This document shows, piece after piece, positions 1-13,520 of a stretch of 64,000 nt of DNA. This DNA comes from Podarcis erhardii (lineage: Eukaryota). The notes beneath the pieces were generated by a model that worked only from the letters and a program-made list of their open reading frames with translations, was not told where the DNA came from and searched no databases. The position numbers and the translations under genes are program-made. Position 1 is the first letter of the stretch. The number at the start of each line of letters is the position of its first letter. The DNA lies in the NCBI GenBank assembly GCA_964252035.1, contig OZ176213.1. One strand, given 5' to 3'.

Positions 1-266
1 AGGCAGCATGGGTCACCTTCACTAACCCCCACACTTTTGAAGTTGGGATGAGCATGTGATGATTTCTCAATCATCTCCTTTGGATAGTTGTCACTTCTGC
101 CAAAGGGTGTTCTAAGGGAGGGTGGGAAGATATCAAAAGGAATTGAGCAGTGGGATTATCAATCTAGACGATTGTATGTTTATTAAGGAACCCAGTTCCT
201 TGAACTCAAAACTCAGCACTACCCTGTTTCAAGGAAGCCCCCCCACCTTGTCCCAAGCAACTCCTA

Positions 267-2282
<2,016 letters not shown>

Positions 2283-2838
2283 CGCGAAGCCCCCGCGTCA
2301 CACCCAGAGCGGCTCCCCGACTCTATTGTCCCCGCGGGGCTACCGTACAAGCGACCCACTTCCGCCCTCCCGCAGGCCGTAGACTTTGCAGCCTATCAGC
2401 GCAGACTTTCCCGGAGGCCCCCCCAACACTGCCAGCCAATGACTGAAGACGAAAGTGACGTAAATACGTTTTCTTCCGGTTTCTGTTTGGAAACAAGGCG
2501 ACTCCTCCCCTCCCTTGCCTTATTCTCCGTGGTGCCCTGTCTTATTTCAACATTCGGCTCTGACTAGAGACATCCCTTTGTTGGCACGCTCTGGCGTCGC
2601 CGCTGCGGAGAATAAAGCGCAATATTAAGTGGGTAGGTGATAGCGGCGCGGGAAGGGCAGTGAGCCGCTCTACCTTCCGTCTCTATGGCGCTAGCTCCCG
2701 TTTCTTGACAAGGCGCATGCGCAGAGACATTCCTTCGCTCCTGGCGAATCTTGCGTTTCCATGGACGCCGTTTCGCTGGTTCTGCGAGTGCGCAGGCGCA
2801 GCTGGCGCGAGGTGCGTGGCGCGCAGAGAGCGGGAAAT
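2283..2838. promoter_or_regulatory. CpG-island bidirectional promoter shared by DCTN5 and PALB2
   Basis: 556 bp between the two ATGs, CpG-rich. CCAAT 2436-2440, CRE-like GTGACGTA 2455-2462, ETS CTTCCGG 2473-2479, NRF1-type GCGCATGCGC 2713-2722 and TGCGCAGGCGCA 2789-2800. Confidence 0.8.
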
Positions 2839-5800
2839 ATGGAGCCTCCGCGGGGCCACTTCCCGGCCCTCAACGCGCAGGAGAAGGCCCAGGTGGGCGC
2901 CGGGCGAGAGGGGCCGCGAGGGAGGGGCTTTGGCTTGGAGGAGGAAAGGGCGGGAGGGTCTCTTGAAGAGAGGGGCTTTGGCCTGGCAGCTGGGGAAGGA
3001 AGGCCCGCCCAGGCCCGCCCCTCTCTTTTTCTGTGGTGGAGATTTCAGGAGGTGGGACAGGGGAGAAGGCCCTCACTCTGCGGTATAGAGCATCTGCTTT
3101 GAACGCAGAAGGCCCCACGAGTGGGATTTCCAGATAGGGCTGGGAACCTTGGAGAGTTGCTGCCAGTCAGTGTAGACAGTACAGGCTAGATGGACTCAAA
3201 TAATCTGACTTTGTGTAAGACAGCTTCCTATGTCCTTGCTTAAACCTGCTGTTTATTTAGAACCATGTGGACTGGATTCTTTCTCAACCTTGGATCCTAA
3301 GATGTTGCTGGGCTATCACTCCCATCATCGCTTCTCGGCCTTTTGGCTAAGATCAAGTGTAGTATTCCTAGCCAGCATGGCGAGGGGTCAGATATGATGG
3401 GAGTTGTAGTTTAAGAACATTGGGAGACCCAAGGTTGAGAAAGATCATGGCTTGGAAGAACATTCTCACTCCAGTTTGCATACAAAAAAAAAGTCTGTTT
3501 TTAGTCCCCACCGGCATCTTCAGGTGGGAGTCAGAAAGACCCTTGCTTGAAACCCTGGAGAGCCACTGCCAGTGTCGACAGTACTGAGCTAGATGGAATC
3601 TTACTTTGTAGGGAAGGAACATAAACACTTGCTTTGCACACACAAACTCCCAGGTTCAGTTCCCATCAGCATCTCCAGGTGGGAGTAAGAAAGACCCCTG
3701 TCTGAGATCCCGGAGAGCCACTGGCCCATATATAGGTCCATAATTTAGCAGTAGAGCAACTGCTTGGTGTGCAGCTGGTCCCAGATTCCACCTTCAGCAT
3801 CTCCAGGTTGAGCTGCCCTTACCTGAGACCCTGGAGAGCCACAGCTGTTCAGTGTAGAGACACTACTGAGCTGGATAGGGCAATTTCTGAGCTAGGACAA
3901 AAGTGAAAAGGAACTAACAGAAGCAGAAGACATCAAGAAGAGGTGGCAAGAATACACAGAGGAACTATACCAGAAAGAAATGGATGTCTCGTACACCCCA
4001 GGTAGTGTGGTTGCTGACCTTGAGCCAGACATCCTGGAGAGTGAAGTCAAGTGGGCCTTAGAAAGCACTGCTAATAATAAGGCCAGTGGAAGTGATGATA
4101 TTCCAGCTGAACTACTTAAAATTTTAAACGATGATGCTGTTAAGGTGCTACACTCAATATGCCAGCAAATTTGGAAAACTCAGCAGTGGCCAGAGGATTG
4201 GAGAAGATCAGTCTACATCCCAATCCCAAAGAAGGGCAGTGCCAAAGAATGCTCCAACTACCGCACAATTGCACTCATTTCACATGTTAGCAAGGTTATG
4301 CTTAAAATTCTACTAGGCAGGCTTAAGCAGTACGTGGACCGAGAACTCCCAGAAGTGCAAGCTGGATTTTGAAGGGGCAGAGGAACCAGAGACCAAATTG
4401 CAAACATGCGCTGGATTATTGAGAAAGTTAGAGAGTTCCAGAAAGACATCTACTTCTGCTTCATTGACTATGCAAAAGCCTTTGACTGTGTCGACCACAG
4501 CAAACTATGGCAAGTTCTTAAAGAAATGGGAGTGCCTGATCACCTCATCTGTCTCCTGAGAAATCTCTATGTGGGACAAGAAGCTACAGTTAGAACTGGA
4601 TATGGAACAACTGATTGGTTCAAAATTGGGAAAGGAGTACGGCAAGGCTGTATATTGTCTCCCTGTTTATTTAACTTATATGCAGAATTCATCATGCGAA
4701 AGGCTGGGCTGGATGAATCCCAAGCCGGAGTTAAGATCACCGGAAGAAATATCAACAACCTCAGATATGCAGATGACACAACCTTGATGGCAGAAAGTGA
4801 GGAGGAATTAAAGAACCTTTTAATGAGGGTGAAAGAGGAGAGCACAAAATATGGTCTGAAGCTCAACATCAAAAAAACGAAGATCATGGCCACTGGGCCC
4901 ATCACCTCCTGGCAAATAGAAGGGGAAGAAATGGAGGCAGTGAGAGATTTTACTTTCTTGGGCTCCATGATCACTGCAGATGGTGACAGCAGTCACGAAA
5001 TTAAAAGACGCCTGCTTCTTGGGAGAAAGGCGATGGCAAACCTAGACAGCACCTTAAAAAGCAGAGACATCACATTGCCAACAAAGGTCCGTATAGTTAA
5101 AGCCATGGTTTTCCCAGTAGAGATGTATGGAAGTGAGAGCTGGACTATAAAGAAGGCTGATCACCGAAGAATTGATGCTTTTGAATTATGGTGCTGGAGG
5201 AGACTCTTGAGAGTCCCATGGACTGCAAGAAGATCAAACCTCTCCATTCTTAAGGAAATCAGCCCTGAGTGCTCACTGGAAGGACAGATCGTGAATCTGA
5301 GGCTCCAATACTTTGGCCACCTCATGAGAAGAGAAGACTCTCTGGAAAAGACCCTGATGTTGGGAAAGATGGAGGGCACAAGGAGAAGGGGACGACAGAG
5401 GACGAGATGGTTGGACGGTGTTCTCGAAGCTACAAACATGAGTCTGACCAAACTACGGGAGGCAGTGGAAGACAGGAGTGCCTGGCGTGCTCTGGTCCAT
5501 GGGGTCACGAAGAGTCGGACACGACTAAACGACTAAACAACAACAACAGGGCAATTTCCTATGTACAGTGGTGCCTCGCAAGACGAAATTAATCCGTTCC
5601 GTGAGGCTCTTCGTATAGCAGTTTTTTCGTCTTGCGAAGCAAGCCCATTGACAGCTTAGCGGATTAGCGCTATTAGCGGTTTAGCGGCTTTTAGCGGATC
5701 AGCTGATAAGCGGCTTAGGGCTTAGGAAAGGGGGGGGGAGGGGAAAAACCCCGCAGGAACTCGCAAGACATTTTCGTCTTGCGAAGCAAGCCCATAGGGA

Positions 5801-8800
5801 AATTCGTTTTGCGAAGCGCCTCCAAAACGGAAACCCCTTTCGTCTAGCAGGTTTTCTGTCTTGCGAGGCGTTCGTCTTGCGGGGCACCACTGTACTCCTT
5901 TTGGGGATCTGTTTAAACCAGCCACCCCCAACTTTGTGCCCTCAAGATGTTAGGCCTATAACCCCTATCAACCCCAACATCATAGAGCTGTGTTGGCTGG
6001 GGCTGTTGGGAGTTGCACTCCCAAAATCCTGGAGGGCACTAGATTGAGGGAGGCCAGTTTATACTGTTGGGGATGCGGTTTTAAGTTACACAGAACCCTT
6101 CATTTTGAGTACATTGTTTTGGTGTGCATTCTTGTGTTCCTCCTTCCTCCAGCAAGACCGAGTGTTTGGCAATGCAGTTCATGTAGCTGCTGTCTTCCTA
6201 AACCTTGTTTTAAAACAACTTGTGGTGATCACCTTGTAACATCTTTGTCTTCCAGCTGAAAGAAAAGTTGGCCTTATTGAAAAGAGAATACAGCAAAACA
6301 TTCCACAGGTTACAGGTAAGTAAACAATAGTGTCTGCCAAGGACTTATAAGCAACTGATTTCTTCAGTTGGGGAAGATGTTTCATCACCTGAGGCCCTTT
6401 TCCATGTGCTTCCTCAAGAGGTCCTGAGGGCAGCAACACAAGAGCAGGTCTTTTCTGCAGTGGCCCCTCGCTTGTGGAATGTGCTCCCTGGGGAGGCTCA
6501 CCTGACTCCTTACTTACATATCTTTAGGTGCCAGGCAAAAAACATCCCTTTTCTTCCAGGCCTTGGTTAATTAAACAATCTATGGCCTTTTAAACTGGGG
6601 GGGGGGTATTGTTTTGTTTGTTACTATAGTGTGTATTTTTGTGTTTCTATGTTGTAACCCCTCCCCTGTGATCATCTCATGAAGAGTGATATAAACATTT
6701 AATAAATAATAATAACATTTTTTGGCAGAAAATGGAAGCACATCTGATTAAGCGCTGGTCTTCCCATTACCCTTGTTTGTTTTGTTTTTGTAGCGTGCTG
6801 AAAGAGCTGAAAAGGTGAACAACTATGTCAAGAAAAAGGTTGCAGAGAAAAACCTGTTGCTTATGCAAGAGGAAGCTGAGGGGGACCTTGCAGGTAAGCC
6901 TGGAAAGGCAGATCCATGGTTCTTTGGGTGTTTATCTGTCCTGATGAAGTCATTGCTCCATGGCTCTCACTCTTGTATTATAGGCTCACTCTGCCTTTCC
7001 CAAAAGGCAGAGCACTTTTTGTAATTATTGCACACAATGCTGTTCTTAGGCAGGCCTCTTGGGCTGAGGACTAAGTGAGACCATTACAGGGAGATGCCAT
7101 AAAACTTAAATTAAGTTTTCTTGTGTTGTTTCTGCATTTGGAAGAATTGCAGTTCAGTGGCAAAGCATCTGCTTTGAATTCACCAGGTTCATGATTCAGT
7201 CTCCAGGTAGGACTTGGAGAGACTCTCTGCCTGAAACCCTGGAGATCCATTGCCAGGAGTGTAGTTAGTAGTCAGATTGACCAATGGTCTAATGCAATAT
7301 AATCCAGCTTATATTATAAAGCTCTGATATTATACAGCTGTTCCTCTAGTTATACTGCTTTCTATGTTCCCACATATTGCTAATCTGAAGAAAATACCAT
7401 AGGTATGTGTAACCAGAAGCGGGTTTTTTGTATACAGTCGTACCTCTTCTTATGTATCCCTCTGGATACGCAAACTTTGGGTTGTAAATGTGGCACGTGC
7501 GCAGAAGGGCACCTCCAGTTACGGACTTTTTGGGATATGGCCGGGCCTCTGGAACGGATCCCATCCGTAACCGGAGGTACCACTGTACAAGGACTGTGAG
7601 CTCAGTTCTAGCGCTCAAAAGAAATACCTCAGCACTCAATTCTTTAATTCTAAGTGGTTTTTGTACCTGACTCTGTTTGATGAATCTCTGGGTTTTAATT
7701 TTTTTAAAACAGGAAAGTAGATTTGTCAAGCCTGAAATCTGCTCTCCACATGTGCTTCTTTTTCTGTGCTGTGTGCTTCCTTGATGGGAGAGTGCTGTTA
7801 TTTTTTCCTTCACAGATGGTGGCTGTTCAAAGAAGAGCACTGCAAAAGCTGCATCAGTCACCTTCAAGCCTGAGGTCTTCAACCAAGAAGACAGCTTGCT
7901 AGGAAACTTGAGTTCTTCGTGTAGCAACCAGGACCGCAAAAGGGTTCTCTTTAGTCCTGTTCTTAAGAAAAACCAGAATAGTTTGTCAAGAAGTAGAACC
8001 AAAGTGCAACAGAGAGCATCTTCGGCTTTGGAGGAGAGAGAAGAATCTACATGGGATGCACCTCTGGGAAATGTGGTACCCCAACCAGAGAGCTCCCAGG
8101 GTTCCAGGTCGCCAGTTTTCAACAGAAGTGACAGTTTATGGATGGACCATAGCATCCCAGTGGCCTCCTCAGGGAACACAGCTGAAGAAGGAAGAGGCAG
8201 CGATGTTTCTCCTGTGTTGCTGCATCTGGATTGTTTACAGGAAACATATGGGCAAGCCACCTTTCTTCATGATCTGTCCTGTGAAAACCAGGAGTCTTCA
8301 CCTGAGCATCTTTGTGAGGAAGGCCTGTTTGATAGCTCTGGAGGTCCAGCTGTCAAGAATATTGTGTCACCTGCAGACATGCAGATTGAATCTCCACAGA
8401 TGGAGAAGGAGGCAGGCCGGTTTGCAGGCTTAGCTGTGACAATTGAGGCTGCCTCTCATACACATGGAATGCAGCAAGAAGGCAGCCAATGCCAGGAACC
8501 TCAGAAATTGGAGCTCAGCGGCGGTGACGCTCCCACCAGCAAGCCCAGTGGAAAGGGTTTAGGGGATCAGCTTGAAGAAACTGGATCTCCCCTCCTGGAT
8601 AGGGCTCCAGCCACACCTGCTAAGGATGTGCTGAGCTCTTGCACAGTAGTTGAGGGGCTCCTGTTTCCTGTTGAGTATTACGTAAGGACAACGCGGCGAA
8701 TGTCCAGTAAACAGAGGGAGGTGAACTTGGCGGCTGTCATTCAAACCCAGCTGGGCAAAAGTAGGAAAGGACAGAGAATTGTGTGCAAGGAGAAGAGCAC

Positions 8801-9860
8801 AGATCCAGCCTCGTTGTCCTCCCAAGGGCAGACAGAAAGTGGTGAGCAGAGACAGGCTATTCCTTTCCCATTTCCCAATTCTGGTGCCAGCCCTGGCACT
8901 TCTCCTCTTCAGTCTCTTTCTAACGAGAGCACATCTTCCAGCGGGGGTCTAGTACAGAGTGAAGGCCTAGTGCAGCCCAGAAGAAAGAGAAGGCTGAGAG
9001 GGAGGTCTAATCACAAGGCCTTGTCCTGCACAGCGGAGGACCCAGCAGAGAACATGGAGCTGACAATTCCCAAGGTTGAGAGTTCTCTTGTGCCAAGTGA
9101 AGCTCAGGGAAGGAAAGAAAACCACCATGGAAGAGACGAAGCCACAGTGCTTTACATTACATCTGGTGGCAGCGTGGAATCCAAGCAGAGTGGCAGAAAA
9201 TGGCCGGCAGAGTCTGCAGTTTCTGCTTCCACAAACCCAGAGACTGTCCATGTCTCACAGGTGGTGAACTCAAAGGCCAGTGTTCCCTCCAGCTTCATGG
9301 GAATCCTGGAAGAAAATGACAAGACGTGTTGTCCTGACAGTGGGTCTCCTGAGCAGGCTGGGAATTGGAACAACACTGCGGTCAATCCGGCACAAGTGGA
9401 TAGAGACCCCTTGCCTCACTACGCACCCCTAGTTGCCTCTGTGAAATGCAAGCGGAGGGGAGCACCCCGAGGTATGTGACCCCTGGACCCAGAGCTCGTT
9501 CAGCTTTATCACCCAGGGGCAGCTTGGGGAGGGGGCTCCTACTTGGTCCCTTTAGAGCAAGGGTCGCCAATGCAGTATTTGTGGGCACCACAGTGCCCAC
9601 CAATTTCTCCAATGGCTCTCATGAAAGGCCTCAGTAAATATCCTCTCGGGAATATCTTGCTCATTTCCTGCGTACACTGGCTTAGCTTCTTCAGTGGAGA
9701 CCCCTCCCCATGAGGCAAGTTGAGAAAGCTCCCTTAGGTGCCGTATTTTCATGAGGGTGGGTGGGCTGACCTGCAGGATCTCCTTAGGAAGTTCTTTGTG
9801 ACTGGTCCCCTTTGAAGTGAGTTGGAGGTGCTGTGCAGCTGGCACACAAGAAGAGCTCCC

Positions 9861-9901
<41 letters not shown>

Positions 9902-12229
9902 AATTGTGCCCCATATTAATTGGGGATGGGGAGGGCTTTTAGATTTCCAGCTTGATCACAATACGCTCATTTTACAGGCTCCTTGGTGGTCTTTGATATT
10001 TCCCCATTGTTTTGGGGCCTTATTGAGCTGGGGAATGGGAGAAGAAGACAAGGCTTTTCAAAACGTACCTGGAAGCACACAGGTCCTTTGCATCTGTCCA
10101 TTTCTTCCAGGAGAATCCTGAGATGCAGGGGAGTTCACAGCTTAGAGCATCTAGGTGGTTCAGCAAAGGACAACTGAGAGCATGTTTCGAACCAACAGGT
10201 CTCCTGCTGCTAATTTGAAGCAGGGTGACTTTAAGGATCCCAGGAGCCCTTCTAGAGTAAGATCCTCACGACTGCAGTGAATGACAGGCTAAGTTGTTTC
10301 TCTTTTGTGTTTGCAGGTAGAAGGAGGGCCAGCCTGCCTGTGGAATCTCGGGATCCTACTTCACTTTACCTCTTTGGGACAGGTTCTCCCAAATTGCCCC
10401 TTCCTTTTCACGGCAAGAGAAGTAAGATGTCCAGTCTTGAATGGCTGCCCTGTGGCTTAGATCTCCAAGAATTCCACCTACCTGAAGATGAATTTGGGCT
10501 CCTTAAACTGGAAAAGCTCAAAGCCTGTGCTGTAAATCTGCCGGAGAATTTTGACACTGGCCAATCAGCCAAGTGCCTCCAGGACACTAGTGGGGCTGGC
10601 TTTGAGAAAGATTCAGCACTAGGAGAGAATCTCATTTCCCTGGAGAAAGAGCCACCCTTTCCAGTGGGCTCCCCTCGGAAAGCTCTTCCATCAACTGAGT
10701 TGTTCCTCTCTCTAGCCCTGGAAGGTGTCCCAGAGTCCCAGCTGCCTACCCCAGTTTTCCCCCGTTTGGGGGCAACCCCAGCCTCCCAGGCCTTGCCAGG
10801 CACGCCTGGTGCATCTCCTTTGCAAGCTCATGCCAGCCCTGAGCCAGGGGACTCTGCAGGTATTTCTGCCTTGCCCAGGAGCAGGCAAGAGGAAGAAGAG
10901 GGAGGTGGCAAAAGGATGCCCTCATGGTCACAAGGCCAAAGGGAAAAGAGCTGGAAGCCTGATGAGGACATGGCCAGCTTTGAAGAAAGGCTGCTGTCAG
11001 CTGGCGAGTCTGTTGAGTGTTGCAAGGAATCCCCCAAACAGGAAGAAAGAGCAGAGGAGCCTATGGTTGGTTGGTTTATTCATACAATTTCTGTGCTGCT
11101 TTCCAAACAGTGTACAAACAATAATCAACAAGAGCAGAGCATCATATTTACAGCACAAGTTATATAATTAAGAGTGTTCAATAAAACAAAAGAGCAGCTA
11201 AAAATGCAGCTGAACATTATTACTCACTCCACCCACATTCTGCTGTAATTATCAATCAGTGATCGCACACTCTTGCTGGGTAGTACCAACTGCTCTCTGC
11301 TTTTGGTCATAATTGTAGAGGTCTCTGGGATTCCCAAGGAGAAAGCAGAGGCGTTTCTGTCAGAGCTGCAGGCTTGACCTTCCAGGAACTGCAGTTATAA
11401 TCAAAACTCGCTCCCTTGTGTACCTCTTTCTTTCCTTTTTCTTGGCTGCCTCCAGAACTCCATGACACTCCCTGTTCTTTGGTTCTGCCTAAGTTTCCCA
11501 CAGCCTCTCTACGTCTTTCCCTTTCTTTGCTTCCATGTCTTGCCTGTTTCTCCCTCTGCCCATTCCTCAGGTTCTTGTTGCCTACTGTGCCCCCTTTCTT
11601 TGGTCACCGTCACCTGGAGTTCACTTGGGTCCCCTTAGCTACCCATCGCTCAACATTCCTGCCTACTCAGCCTGTTTCTGCCAACACCTCTCTCCCGTCA
11701 TTCAGCCCTGTGTGAGAGTCCCCCCACCTTTCCCAGCCAGATCGACTTTTCTTTCACAGAAGCTGCATCAATTGCCAGGGTACTGTGGCTGAAACCTTAT
11801 CCCTGAGCAGGTAGAATGTTCATGAGCATTCCAAGACCATTCCCAGCAAGGGGCAAATCACTGTTGGTTTTTAGCCTACTAGGTGCGGAATACCCTTGCG
11901 TCCAAAAGAAGGCAGCCTAGTTCAAGCTTCCGCCCTTAGGCAGTATTTTTCATGCATAAATCCTTGGTACAGATGTATAGCCTACCTTGAGTGGGAAACT
12001 TCTGTCGCTCCACATGCTGCTGAACTGCATCTCCCAACATCCCCTTTAGGCATGATGGGAGTTGCAGATCAACAAAATTTGGAGCACCAAAGGTTCTCCA
12101 CCTCATTCAAGGGGTTGGAATATTGAGAGTTCATGTTTTACCTTAACTTCCAGGAATCTTGATTTGGGACAACTGTGCTTGAGCCAAGCTTAGGTACCCT
12201 TGTCTGTCCAAAATCACATTTCTGCAGAT

Positions 12230-12263
<34 letters not shown>

Positions 12264-13484
12264 ATTTTATTTATATCCCGCCCTCCCTGGCCAGAACCGG
12301 GCTCAGGGTGGCTAACATCAAAATATATGATACATTAAAACATTACACTTACAGTTTTGGCAACTCTGTACACTCCAATTAAATAAAACCAAACAAATCT
12401 AGCCAAACATAAAGTACCTATCTGACTAATTAACAATTATTGCATTGCTTATCAACCTACTATTAGCATTCCAGGTGCCTGGTGCTTAAGAGGCAGGTGG
12501 GAACTCTGCTGCCCGGAAGCCATATGGTTCTTCATTTTATTACCTTGATGTTTTATCGCAGAACGAAGTGACCGTAGAAGACCCAGCGGAGGACAGCCAG
12601 AGAAAAGGGAGCTTGCAGATGACCTCAAAACTAAAGGTCAAAGAAGAAAACCATGTCACTTTTTAAAAAAGTGCTTTATTGATGTAAATGCATGTCTGCC
12701 CCCCCCCCTTTTTAAAACGCCTTGTTCCGATTCTACCTACTTCTGGACACAGATGTGTCCTTTTCCCCCTGGAGGTTGGGCCCTGCATGGACAATGTTAT
12801 TCAGGCTTGCTAGGACTGATTCACGCTTTTGTTTATTTTTCCTTTTATATGCTTTTATTTTGTTTTATTGGTTTGGGTTTTTCATTATAATGGATATTGT
12901 ATTTATATTGTACATAGCTTACACTGCTTAGGGGTTAAAAAAAATTAAGTGGCTCAGAAATGGTTATGAATACGTAACAAAATATTGTAGAGGTGCAGAT
13001 AGCCACTTGCCTGTGGAGTTGAGAGGAGTGGCACAGTGGCCCCCACCCTCTTGGGTGTTCTCCTTTCTCTTCCATCCTCCCTTCACTCTCTCCTAGGACA
13101 GGCCTCCAGGATAGTGCCAAGAATGCTGTTTTTCTGTTTTTTGTTTTTTGCATGTGTGTGTGTGTGTGCAGAGGACAGAAGTATTGTGGTTGGGTGCCCA
13201 TGTGTGCTCTCCCTTTCAGTCCCAGGCGGTGGGAAGGAAGCAGAAGGGCAGGATTAGCCGGGTTCAAGTACTTGTCGTCGTCAGGGCATCTGGCATGAAC
13301 AGGGGAAAGGCCTTTAGAAGTGAAGCACTGAGAGACCACATCTGGTCCATATTGGGAGGAAGGCCTGGATGTGCAGGTGCTTTCCTGACAAGCTTGAGCC
13401 TCGGCCCCTTTATTGAGCTAGCCGCTGGTCTGGTGCCTGCACATGTCCAGTAAGCTGCTTTTCCCTGTGTAGGGGAGCACCAAT

Positions 13485-13520
<36 letters not shown>

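Larger units (their letters stand above)
3083..3876 (+). mobile_element. Cluster of about 4 degenerate tRNA-derived squamate SINE copies in PALB2 intron 1
   Basis: Repeated motif agcatctgctttg...ctccaggt...ccctggagagccactgccagt...gtagaca(g)tactgagct(a)gatgg, also seen at about 7150-7310, 53716-53900, 53960-54150 and 60560-60740. Confidence 0.65.

Noticed and set aside
4567-5508. Antisense ORFs over BovB
   Set aside because: Shadow frames of the RT coding sequence.
7713-7815. Alternative upstream acceptor for PALB2 exon 4
   Set aside because: In phase 1 it gives an immediate TAG; the acceptor at 7815 keeps the frame.
11290-11800. Pyrimidine-rich tract, possibly a solo LTR or other repeat
   Set aside because: No termini, TSD or second copy could be identified by eye.
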